Part shown: positions 24,862 to 37,084 of the stretch, one piece after another
Position numbering within the stretch: the stretch's first letter is position 1
How the letters are laid out: each line of letters begins with the position of its first letter
Assembly (NCBI RefSeq): GCF_048593235.1
Contig: NC_133621.1
Span: forward strand, 280,013,238-280,077,237
Reading direction: 5' to 3'
Source of the DNA: Sminthopsis crassicaudata
Taxonomy: Eukaryota
DNA: 64,000 bases
Program-made: the position numbers and the translations under genes
Notes under the pieces: model-generated
Database searches by the model: none
What the model saw: only the letters and a program-made list of their open reading frames with translations
What the model was told of the DNA's origin: nothing

Positions 24862-25155
24862 GTATAAATATGTATGCCTATATTGGATTTATATATATTT
24901 TAATATGTCTAATATATATTGGATTACTTGCCATCTAGGGAAGGGGGGGGAAAGGGGGAGGAATTGGAACAGAAGATTTTGCAAGAATCAATGTTGAAAT
25001 ATTATCTATGAATATGTTTTTTGTGGTTGTTGTTTATTTTTGTTTTTGTTTTTGGTGAGACAATTGGAGTTAAGTGACTTGTCCGGTTAAGAAATATGCA
25101 TGTGTTTTGAAAATAAAAAAGCTTTAATAAAAAATAATTAAAATAAATAAATAAA
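24862..25155 (+). mobile_element. Marsupial L1 3' UTR with A-rich tail, interrupted by an antisense SINE fragment
   Basis: tattggattacttgccatctagggaagggg...ggaacagaag.ttttgcaag...gttgaaa.attatc, followed by aataaaaaag and an A-rich tail. Confidence 0.75.
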
Positions 25156-26124
25156 TGAAAACTGCTGGGTTTGAAGTTGGGAGGTATGTTTTCCAGTTTC
25201 AGCTCCTCTCCCTGCTTCCTATGTAGCTTTTATTCCTCCCCCAATTCTTATACACATCTCAACTTAATATCTTATTGAGATCAGTCTTTAGTCTGTTCTC
25301 ATGCTATCCATTCTTGGCCTCAGTTTCCTTATCTGTAAAATAGTGAGCTTGGTCTAGCCAGCCATTCTATGTCTGTGATCTTTCAAGGGGGAAGAAAAAG
25401 GCATCCAAAATTTATTTGAGACCAACAAACCCAAATAAATATCCATAATCTTGTTTCTGTTCTCTTGGGAGAAAAAAAAAATTTCCCAAAATTGTTTACC
25501 TCTCTTACAAGCACGTCATTGTCCTGTACGCTGAGTCTTGAAATATATATTTATTCTTTTTTTTTTTTTTTTTTGGTGCCGACTGTGAAAACCTTAATTA
25601 ATGGTAGCAATGTTCAGAAAGACCTTCAGAATGAAGTTGACAGGTTTAGCAAGATACACTTAGGTATTCTGGGAAAGGCAGAGAGGGGATGCAAAAGAAA
25701 TAGAAAACAATTCCATACCCGCAAAGAATTTGTGATTTAGCTCATTGTCTTCCCCTCAGTATGAGAAAGGAATGATGATGGGCATGATCATAAGCAAGTC
25801 ACTTTTGTCTGAACCTCACTTTTCTCATCTGTAAGATCAAGCTTGGCTTAGATCAGGGGGCCTTCACCTTTGCTATGACCTATGAAGCCTAGGGAGTCTT
25901 TTCAGATTCCAGTTTTTAAATAATTGAAGCAAATGCTTGATTTCAGAGAGACATTAATGAGAGTGAGATGTAAATTTTTTTCCTCCTCTTTGTTCACAAA
26001 ACCTCTGGAATCCATCTATGAACCTGGGGTTAAAGATGCCTGGTTTAGATGGTCTATAACAGAGACTGCAGCTGAAAGTCTTAACCAGATAGAAATTGAG
26101 ATATTTTAAACAAAAGTAAATAAA

Positions 26125-26340
26125 CATGCAATTGTTGTTCTGTCATTTTCAGTCATGTCCACTCTTTGTGACAGCATTTGGAGTTTTCTCGGCAAAGATA
26201 TTGTAGTGATTCATTATTTTTTTCTGTAGCTCATTTGAGGTAAGTAAGGTTAAAGTGACTTGCTCAGGATCACCCAGCTAGTAAGTGCCAGATTTTAACT
26301 CAGGTATTCCTGACTCCAGTTCAGTGTTCTAAATATTATA
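26125..26340 (-). mobile_element. Mar1 CORE-SINE
   Basis: ttgttgttctg...cagtcatgtccactctttgtgac...ttttctcggcaaagata. Confidence 0.8.
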
Positions 26341-26659
26341 CCTGCCTGTCCCACCCCTAATAAAATATACCATAAATCATGCTAATTTGTGGCTTTCTAT
26401 GTCAGTATATGACCCACAGGGATCCCTGTTTGATACCACCAAAAAATGAATAAATATACATTTCAAGGCTCATTTCAGTGCACAGGATAATGATGTGCTT
26501 ATAAGAGATGTAAACAGTTTTGGGAAGTCTTATGATATAATATTTGATCCCTTTGATCCATGTTGGTGCTGTCTGCTTGATTCATAATGAAAAGAGTGCT
26601 AGTTCTGAAGACAAGGATCTGTGTTCAAATCTCACCTTTAAAATTTGTTACCTGAAGAT

Positions 26660-26795
26660 AACTGTACAACTATGTATACATATATTGGATTAAACATATA
26701 TTTTTAACATATTAACATGTAATGGACTACTTGCCATCTGGGGGAGGTGGTGGGGGGAAGGAGGGGAAAATTTGGAACAGAAGGTTTTGCAATTA
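26660..26795 (+). mobile_element. Marsupial L1 3' UTR fragment
   Basis: Same motif as 24862-25155 (ggactacttgccatctgggg...tttggaacagaaggttttgca). Confidence 0.7.
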
Positions 26796-28439
26796 TAAAA
26801 TTGAGATCAGTTTTCCAGTCCGTTCTCACTCTTTCTCTCTTGGGCTTCAGTTTTTTCATCTGTAAAATTAAGGCATAGAACTAGATGGTCTTTGAAGGTC
26901 CTTTTCTGTTCTGTCATTGTGATGATGGCCAAGACTGAAGTGCATATAAGACTAAGATTTATAAAGCTCTTGACCTGCATTATCCCTTTGACAACGACAG
27001 CCCCATGAAGAGATTGAGACTCAGTTATCTTAAGTAGTGCAATGTGTTACAACTAGAACGGGCACAGCCAGGTTTCAAGCCCAAATCTCCCAACTGTAAT
27101 TCCAATGCACTTTTGCCTCCATGGTCATCTGCTTCTTTTTTCCTATTCAATTATATCGACTCCACTCTTACTCTCTCCTTTACCCTTCTGGTTTCACAAA
27201 ACTGAAATGGCCAAGTTGGATAGGGGAACAGAAAATAAAACAGAACAAAAAAAAAAATCCCTAGAAAAAGTGATGAACTTTAAATCAGAGACAAATGACC
27301 TTCATTTAGACCTTGTAACATTAAAAACAATTTTGTTCTATTAATCATCAATGGTCACCAAAAAAAAAAAAAAAAAAAAAAAACTTGAGAAGGATGAGGA
27401 AAAGGGGAAGAGGACCCTAAGGGGAAACACATGAGCTTCTCTACCATGTATGGTGCATTTAGAACATATATACATGCACGTATTGAAAAAGATGCATGGT
27501 AAATTTTTCTCTATATGTATAAGTACACATGTGTGTGTGTGTGTGTTTAAGTAGAAACAAAGTTGTCTACTTTTAATCCCTTCTGCATTTCCCTTCTCTT
27601 TTCTCCATGCATCTTTTCAAATGATTTACTGTGAGGTAACTCAGATATTCCTGACTCCAGGTTCAGTGCTCTAAACATTATACATCAACCTGCCCTCCTC
27701 AAAGTAAAATATACCATAAGTAATGTTAATTTGTTGTTTTCTATGTCAGTATGTGTCCCGCAGGGATCCCTGTTTGATACCACCAAAAATGAATAAACAT
27801 GTTTTTTGAAATGATTTATCATGAATAGTCTACCAAGAAGTAGACAGTATATTTCATCATCAGTCATAAGACAACTAGGTGGCACAACCCTGGACCTGGC
27901 ATCAGGAAGATCTAAGTTTAAATTCTGCCTCAGATACTTACTCGCTATGTGAACCTGGGCAAGTCACTCAAATTCTGTCTGCCTCAGTTTCCTCATCTGT
28001 AAAATAGAGATAATAGCACCTACTTCCCAGAGTGGTTATGAGGATTAAAAGAGGTAACAATTATAAATTTCTTTGTAAACCTTAAAACACTATATATATA
28101 TTCATTATTATATGACTTTGGAAGTCATAATTGGTCAATTCTTTGGTCCCCTTTCTGTGCTTTTTCAGAATTAATTTTCTTCCCAGTTCTATGTTCATCG
28201 TATATGTTATTCTCCTGGTTTTGTTCTTTTTACCAATTCATATGAGTATTTTTATATTTCTTTAAATCTTTCATATTTCTTACTTATAATGTGCAAAAAA
28301 TTTCATTACCGTAAACTAGCACATTTTGTTCAGCCATCTCCTCATATTTTCCCATTTCTTTGAGTCAACAAAAAGTGCCGCTTCATGTTCTTGTACACAA
28401 GCCCTTTCTTTCCCTTTGTTCTTGACCTCCTTAGAAATG

Positions 28440-28680
28440 GTTTTGTTGTTCAGTTAGGTCTGACTCTTCATGATCTCATTTGGGGTTTTCTTGATAAAGA
28501 TGCTGGCGTGATTTGCCATTTTTTCTCCAGCTCATTTTAAAGATAACAAAACAAAGGCAAACAGGGTTAAGAGTCTTGCTCAGGGTTACACAGCTAATAA
28601 GTGTCATGCATCTGAGGTCATAGTTGAACTCAGATCTTCCTGACTCCAGGCCTGGTGCTCTATCCACTGTGCCATCTAAT
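28440..28680 (-). mobile_element. Mar1 CORE-SINE
   Basis: gttgttcagtt...tttggggttttcttga...ggcaaacagggttaag...cttcctgactccaggcctggtgctctatccactgtgcc. Confidence 0.85.
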
Positions 28681-28705
28681 CATCCTTTATAGAAGTACAT
28701 GACTA

Positions 28706-28794
28706 GGGGCAGGCAGGTGGTACAGTGGGTAGAACACAGGCTCTGGGGAAGAGGGCAAGTTATTTAACCCCAATTGCTTTAAAAAAAAAAAAAA
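28706..28794 (+). mobile_element. Internally deleted WSINE1-type SINE
   Basis: ggggcaggcaggtggtacagtgg.tagaacac...ggcaagttatttaaccccaattgct plus a poly-A tail. Confidence 0.7.
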
Positions 28795-28924
28795 GCCAAT
28801 ATTTCTCAGTGGGTCAACACTGTTGAGTGACTTTAGGGATGTAGTTACATCTTGCTTTCCAGATTGGTTGAGCGAATTCACATCTCGAGCAAATTCACAT
28901 CTCCAGCAACAGAGCATGTTTGTG

Positions 28925-30260
28925 TGATATTGGGCCCACAGCTCCTCCTACAATTGTCACTTTCATCTTCAGTCCTCTTTGACAGTCTGGTGGGTGTGAG
29001 CTGTTTTGATCTGCATTTCTCTTATTAGAGGTTTGGATCATTTTATCATATGGTTGCCAATTGCTTATATTGCTTCATTTGAGAACTGCCTGTTCATAGC
29101 CTTAGAGAACATATATTAGGGAATGGTTTTTGTTCTTATATATTTGTATTGATTCTTTATTATGTTGGATATTAAACCTTTATCAGAAAAAAATTTGCAA
29201 GACTTTTACAAATTAAATATACCTTTTTTGATTTTAACTGCAGTTATTTTGCTTATAGAGAAAATTTTTTAATTGTACCATTTTATCTTCTATGATCATC
29301 TCTGTCTCTGCATAAGAATTCTCGTGAAATAGTAAAAAAATTATCTCTTTGTCTTCTTTTTTTTAAAGCTCTTTTGTTTTTAGGTCATATGTTCATCTGA
29401 ATATCATATTTGTGGTATATGGCTTAAGGTAATGTTGTTAATCTAAGTTTTGCCAGAATACTTTCTAATTTTACCAATTAATTTTATTAAATATGGAATC
29501 CTTATTCCAGTAGTTAGTATCTCTGGGATTGTGGAACATTGAATGTTCAATGGTTTCTAAATCTTGTGTATTTAATCTTTCTCTGTGATCAACCTTTTTC
29601 TTCTTTTTTTTTTTTTTTTTAACCAGAGACAAATTGTTTTGATAATTTCTACATTTATAAATTAGTTTTGAAATCTAGGATATTTAGACCCTATTAATAC
29701 TTTCTCCCCTTCCTTCTTATATTCTCTGAAATTCTTGTCCTTTTGTTTCATATGATGAATTTTATCATTATTTTTCTAATTCTTTAAAATAATCCTTGGT
29801 AAATTGATTTGGTATGACACTACATATGTCCATTTTTTTTTTTAATCAGCACTTGATTCTTCTTTTATTTCTATTAAAAAGTAATTGTTTTCATTTTAAT
29901 TCTGACTATGATTTGATAGGTGATGATAAAAAACCTGCATACTTTATATATTCTGTAGTTAATTTGCTTTGATTTCTTTTTCTTGGGTTAATTTTCTTGG
30001 ACTAATGACTTTTGTGGATTTATTTCATATTCTTCGACTTTACTGAAGTCTTGGTTTTTTTTGTCTCTTACTCAATTTTTAACAAACTCTCTAGTGTTCT
30101 CTAAATAAACTATCATGTCATCTCGTAAGCATTATTTTGTTTCCTCTTTGTATTTTCTTATCTTATTGCAATAGCTAGCATTTCTAAAAATATATTAAAT
30201 AATAGTGGTAACAGTGGCCATTGTGATTTTGCCCCTGAGCTTACTGGAAAAGCTTCTAGA
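28925..30260 (-). mobile_element. Decayed LINE-1 ORF2 3' fragment
   Basis: T-rich strand with L1 antisense hallmarks (ttttgatctgcatttctc..., gagaactgcctgttcata, taaatagtggtaacagtggccat...). No intact frame. Confidence 0.75.
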
Positions 30261-31299
30261 ATATCTCCTTTGATTAATTTTTAATTTTTGATAATTACTC
30301 TTAAACAATTATATTCCAAAAAATTAAATGAGCTTAAACAGCAAAATCAAAACTGTGGGTAATTATTTCATTTCTCTGAGTCTTGATCTCATTGTCTTTA
30401 AATTGAGGAGGGTGCATTAATAACCTCTAAGTTCCCTTCTTTCTTCAAAACTATGATCCTTATTTGTTCCTATTTTATTGTTAAGTTCACTCATGTTTTA
30501 ATTAGATCTAAGTTATCTGAACTATTCTAGATTCTAAACTGTTAGCAGGCAAAGATCCCAGAATCAGAGTTGGGCTTTGGGGGGCTGAATGGAAGACATT
30601 TCTTAAGATCATTGAATCTTAAATCCAGTGGAAGGCATCTCAGACTATCTCCTCTACTTTTTCACTCTGAATAGGATTTTCTTCCGTCATTACCAGTATT
30701 TGCTTTGGAGACCTCAAATGAGGGGAAGAATCCCACCATCTTGATTTCACTTCTACCTTTGGACACCTCAGTTGTGAACAAGGTTTTTTTTTTCCTTATG
30801 TCAAGTACAAACAAGCCTCATTACAACCTGCATCCAGTGTTCCTGGTTCTGTCCTTTGGGACCAAGCAGAGCAAGTCTTATCTCTTCTTTTTCTTCTTTT
30901 CCTTCCTTGTTAGGTTGTGAGCTCTCGAGGTGCTTCCCAAGGAGTTCATAATCTAATGTGTCCCTAATATATAGTATGCCCACATACCTTATCTTTTGCC
31001 TTTTTTATTAGTATCCCTAACACTTAGCACTGTGTCTGACACACAATAAATATTTATTGATAAGACAAATGTTTACAATTTTTGCTAATAGATCCATTTT
31101 ATGAAATGGACTTTGTAGGCAGTACTGTACATAGAGCAGTGGGAGAGAAATAATTTCTTCACCTCTTTCTTGGACAAATTTTTATACATTTATAGTCAGT
31201 TAGGAGCTTTTGGATAGTTTTGTGGGTTTCAGGTTATAAACATGCTCCATGAGGATACAGTGTTCAAACTTTTTGGTTTTCTGATCTCTTTAGAACTGT

Positions 31300-31560
31300 T
31301 GTTGCTAAGCCATTTTTTCAATCGTGTCCAACTCTCAGTGACCTTATTTGAGGGTTTTCCTAACAAACATGCTGGAGTGAATAGTTAGTTGGCCATTTCC
31401 TTCTCCAGCTCATTTGATAGATGATGAAACTGAGGGAAACAGGGTGAAGTGACTTGCCCAGAGTTACCCAGCTAGTAAGTGTCTGATGCTAGATTTGAAC
31501 TCATGAAGAGGGTTCTTCCTGATTCTAAGCCCAGTGATCTATCCACTGCCTCACCTACTT
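31300..31560 (-). mobile_element. Mar1 CORE-SINE
   Basis: gccatttccttctccagctcattt...aacagggtgaagtgacttgccca...tctatccactgc. Confidence 0.85.
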
Positions 31561-32174
31561 GCACTCTCTTCAGAGCAAATGACACAAAGTCCTTGTTCTC
31601 ATCATCCAGCTCACCTAAAGCATGTGAACATTGCCTGTTCTTTTTCCTTTTCCAATACCATTCAGTGAGAGAGGGTGCTTTTTCGACATCAGGCATTAGA
31701 GCAGACAGTAACAGGCTTTCAGATGATTAACTCATCTTTAATCAGCTTGCAGCTCTGCTAATAACTTGGCTATTGCTTTGATCTCCTATGGGGTCAAGCC
31801 AAAATTTCTTCCTTCCACATTGCTGGGTACAAACATCTTCTGAAGCCTTCGGTTTTGGCAATAGAGCAGAAAAGGAAAGCCACAAGGATAGATTTTAAGA
31901 AAGCTACCATGTCACCGCAGGTATCTTTTTTGTTAAATACTTGTTCACTAATGTGACACAAAGTGGACACTTAATAAGTTTATGATGGAAAATGTGTAAA
32001 TGATATCCAGTGCCCTTCCTTAGTGACAGTAACTTATTAAGCTTAACTTGTACAACTGAGATAGGAAGCAGTATCCTAGACCTAGAATTCATTTCTGGTG
32101 CATCTGATTTGTGGGCTCTAGAGAAGCATAAAATCTAGATCTACCCAGATACCTAGAAACACTCCCACTTAGCA

Positions 32175-32480
32175 CAATGCTATTGCCTCCTGATTTTTCC
32201 TTCTCTTTCCCCCTTCATTCCTCCGTTTCTCCTTCCCTTCCTTTCTCCTTTCCTCTGTCCCTTCATTCTTCTTTGCTTTCCTCTCTACCTTTCTCCCTTT
32301 TTCTTTATCTCTTTCTTCCTGTCTACTATTTCTTTCTTCTACCCTCTCTCCTTTTCTCCTTCCTTTTCTCTCTCCCATCCTCTAACTTCCCATCCTTTCC
32401 TCCCTCCCTTTCTTCCTCCTTTTCTCCTTGCCTTCCTTCTTTCCTCTCCATTTTTTCTTTCCTTTCTTCTTTCTCCTTCC
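32175..32480. repeat. Polypyrimidine (CT-rich) low-complexity tract
   Basis: Seen directly; a similar tract lies at 59885-60150. Confidence 0.9.
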
Positions 32481-35400
32481 ACTGTACATAACTTGCCTCA
32501 TACTCATTCAACACCTTGTATAATCCTTTTCCATCCAGGATATCTCAGCACTCTCCCCATTTCCCAGAAGAAATAGCCTAAGAGAATCAGGAAGTGATAC
32601 TTCAGCTCAACTTTGAAGGTTAGACTTAGAAGAATATACTCATCACATGGTCAAAAGCCTGAGCAAAGGTTTGAAATGGCAGATATAATATCTTGTAAGA
32701 GAAAGAGACGAAGGGGCTGTTTGATTCAAATATTTGTTATTGTTGTTCAGTTTTCAGTTATGTCCAACTTTTCATGACACCATTTGCCATTTCCTTCTCC
32801 AGTTTTTTTTTTTTTTTTTTTTTTTAATAGATGAGGGAACTGAGGCAAATAGGGTCAAAGTGACTTGCCTAAGATCACACAGCTAGGAATTTTCTGGATC
32901 TAGGAAAATGATTGCCCAATTATAGAGTGTATAAAATAGAGTAATCTGTAATAAGCCTGGGAAGGTAGGCCAGAACCAGACTGTGTGGATTTTTATATAA
33001 CAAAGAGAAGAATGAATACTTTTATCTTCCATGCAGCCCCTGGAGCTTTTTGAGTCCAGGAAGTGTTTTGATTAGATCTCTTCTTTAGGAGGCTTTGTGG
33101 TGCAGGGATAGAATTGGTGCTAGAAGACATTGGAGACCAGGAAACCATTGAGAGTCCAGGGGAGAGGTGATGAGAGCTTGTGTGACTGGGGAGAAAGGGA
33201 CATATATACAAATTATCCTGGAAGTAGAATCAAGGACAAAATTGGTAACTCCTTCATAGGATCATAGATAGATTTTTTTTTAGCTAAAAAAGAACTTTAG
33301 AGATATTTTGTTTGATATCCCTGCCCCCCCTCTTCTGTTTTACTGACGAAAAAACTGAAACCCAGAGATACTAAGTGACTTGCTAGGTTTGTCCAAATAG
33401 TAAGTGTCTGAGGCAGCACTTGAACCATGGCCTTCCTGAATCCAAGCCCAGGACAAAGGAGGAGGGGATTGAGGCATCAGGGATGAAAGGGGCAGCACAC
33501 CAGGGCAACTCAGAGGATGTGGGTGCCCTTTGGAGAAATAGGAATGTTTAAAAAAGAAAAGGCTTTAGAGAGAGAGAGAGAGATAATGAATTCTATTTTG
33601 GCCATGCTGAATTGGAAGTGCTTATTAAGTATCTATTCACTCTATTACTGGGAAAATTGAGTTAGACAGAAAACTGTCTTCTGAGGACAGTCTGAGATAG
33701 CATTGAGCTGGACAGATGTATAAAGGTGAGGCAGACACAGATGGTCATTTATTTTGTTTTCTTTTTCTTTAAAAACAATTTCTAATGTAACAAAATAGAA
33801 AAAAAAATAGAAAATAGAACCTAAAAATGGGGCTATATATGAAACTCTGAGTCTCTTTTCCACATGGCTTGCTTATCTTTAATTTTTGTATTATCCAAAT
33901 AGCAACTTTTTGTTCCAATATTTTCCACATATCTGACACTTTCTTTTTCAAAGTGGCCAATAATCATAGTTGACATTGAAATGATACCTTTTATCATTTA
34001 AACATAAAGCACCTAAAAATCTGGTCTCTCAATGTAAAAACCGAAAGGTGGATGATAGCAATTATGTTCTTACAGTGACATTGAAGCAGATAATGAAGAT
34101 ATGGAAGTAAAAATTGCTCATTCCCTCTGATGCTCCATCATGGGGATGGCTTGTACTTCTGGGTCAAAAAGCATCCTTAAATAGTTATAGGGGAAAGGCA
34201 GCAGAGCTTTCAAGTTATTTAGTATAATCTCTTTATTTTATAGATAGGAAACAGATTCATAAAGCTTAAGTCTCTCTTGACTAAGGTTGTCTTGACAAGT
34301 TCCACTTGACAAGTGAAAGCAAAATTGACTAAAGCTAGAGATTCCTTATAGGGATCCATTGGAGCTTGTTGAGGTGGGGAACCAGCTGCTAAGTCCTGTG
34401 CTTCAGAATGCTCATCTTGGCAATAGTGATTGCCTATTATTATGTTTCTTTGCTTCATGAATTGCTATGGCCAAGAAATTCATCACTAATGGCCACCTAC
34501 TGGTAATGAACCTCCCCATGGAGGAGGCTCATTACCAGTAGGTGGTCTTGTCTGGTCTCAGACAGGAGATGCAGTTTGCTAAAACCCACAGGAGCTTGGA
34601 TTCACTCAGCATTTCCTTTGGGAATCCAAGGTCATTTCCATACCATAATGAAACATTGGGGTAAGATTCTTGTTCAGGGGAAGGATCTCTAGAGGAATTT
34701 TTAATTTTTTATTCTTAAGGATAGAGATTATCTGATCACATTTATAGGCAGAAAAAGGATAGATTGAATAACAGATTGGACTAGATTGAAGAAATGATCA
34801 GCAAGGAAGGCGTAGAATACAAATTGACATTAATAGGGAGGAGCCACGTTATTCTTAGATTGGAATAAAGAGAGAAGTGCTGAAGAAAGAGATTTCAAGA
34901 AATGCCAGATAGGGATAAGGAGAATATTCACAGTGAATGGTCTTGATTTCTTCAAAGGTCAATTTATTAATCAATAAACATTATTAAGGGCCTTTTATAT
35001 GCGCCAAGCACAGTGCTAAGTGTTGGAGGAGGATGTCAAGTCATCTTCTGAGCATGAAGGAGGGAGCACTTATTAAGTGCCGGGTGTATACTGAGTACTT
35101 TCCAGGTTCTGGGATTATAGAGAGGGAAATGAGATTCTCCCTGCTCTTGAGGAACTCACATAATTACACATACTTATATGTGTACATATAATATTTATTA
35201 TATATAAATATAGGATAAATAAAATAAATTTGTTGTTATTCAATCTTTTTTTAGTTATATCTAATTCTTTATGACCATATTCTTGGCAAAGATACTAAAG
35301 TGGTTTGCCATTTCCTTCTCATACATACACATATATATATACATACTTACATATATACATATGTGCACATATATATGACCTATATCCACATGTTTATCAA

Positions 35401-37084
35401 TTGTGTGTGTATGATAAATGTGTATATAGTGGTACTAAAGTATCCATCAGACATGAATAAAATAATTGCCAAGTAGCAGTCTGGGGCCATTAGAATCTTG
35501 AGAACCTGGATTTTCAATAGAGCCAGCCAGCCAATTAGACATATTTCTGTTTCTTTCCTTAGTAGATCATGAATAGGAACAGAAAGGGTACATGGTGGGC
35601 TTGATCCAGAGTTAAGAATGAAGAGATAAAAAGTTGAAGGACCAGAGTTTTAAGGATGCAAGACTAGGTCTTATTGAGATGATGGATTGTCTCAAGAATG
35701 TTAAATGGGGAAAGTAAACCCCCAACCTTCTAATGAGGAGAATCAGCAGGCCTGGATGAAGATGAAGAGTAAGTTTATAAAGATGTGAAATGAAGGGAGG
35801 GTGAAGTGTGCCACATGGAATCCAAGCAGGAGTCCTACCTCTTCTTTAGTTTTCATCTTGTCCTCAAAAAGCAATTTTTAAAAATCCCTTTTTCCTAGTC
35901 CTTAGCATTTCTTTATCTTTGTTTTATTTTCCATTCACTGCAGGTTCTGGGCTTTAGTGTTTTCTATTATTATTCTTACAGGGATGCGCTACCCTCCTAT
36001 ATTCATCCTCTGGGTCCTACCCCTTGACCTCCATCCTTTATATGTCTTCTTTTTAATCTGAGATGGTTGATGAGTTTCCCCAGTAACAACACACATCGTT
36101 TATCTCTCTTGGTTTTAGGAAGACAGACTGATTTCTCCTGTTCTTTCTTTTTGAAAGTACTTATTGAGTACCTACTAAGTACAGGAACTTTTACTATAGG
36201 AGATGGAATAGACCTAGTATCTACTCCTCAAGTAGTTTATAGTCTAGTTGGGGGGGGGGAGATTTTAAGGGGATGGAGAAGGAAATACTAATTGAAATGT
36301 ATTTGGATTAGTTCTGCTTATTATTATTATAAATGTATTAGGATGTGTTCTGTGAAGGCTTCATAGAAGTCTTGTGGGATCTTGGTCAAGTCAGAATCTT
36401 TCTGGACCTCAGTTTCCTCAACTATAAAACTAGATGATGTTTTCTTCCATCTTAAATCCATAATCCTACGATGATTCAGTGGAGGAAAGAGGGGTAGGAA
36501 GTGCTTAAAAAAAAAAAGAAAAAATCATGTAACCTTTTAGACCACATGTGAATTGAACCACTGGGAGGTTGTTCAGTCACGACCCCACTTGGGATTTTCT
36601 GAGACAAACAGGGTTAAATGACTTGCTTAGAATCTGAAGCTAGATTTGAACACAGATCTTCTTGATTCCAGACTCAGTGCTCTATTGTGCCACCTAACAG
36701 CTGTAAGAAAGAGGCAAAAGATGTGGCAATAATTCATGGGGGAAAGACCTGAATTCTAAAGGACTTCAAGTTCGGTTAGCCAATAGTGTGATGCTGGGTT
36801 TTGATAGTTGAAGATAAATCCCCTGAACACTTTCTTTTACTATATGATGCTCCACTGTCTTGGGACATTTCCTTAAAAAAGCAAGAAATGTAAGAATAGA
36901 ACTGGGGTGTAGTATCACAGACATGAAGAGTCGGACTGGATTGGAAAGACGAACAAACAGCCTCATCCTAAAGTCCCAATACAAGGGCTCAATCTGAAAG
37001 CAAACCAAGATTCCCATTAACAGTTAAAGCGGTTTTCCCCAGAAACTTTTGTTAATTTGTTGATTAATCAATGGATGAATTTGA

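Noticed and set aside
34500-34509. ctggtaatga matches part of miR-200b-3p as I recall it
   Set aside because: Only 10 nt, outside the seed, and the rest of the hairpin differs; coincidence.
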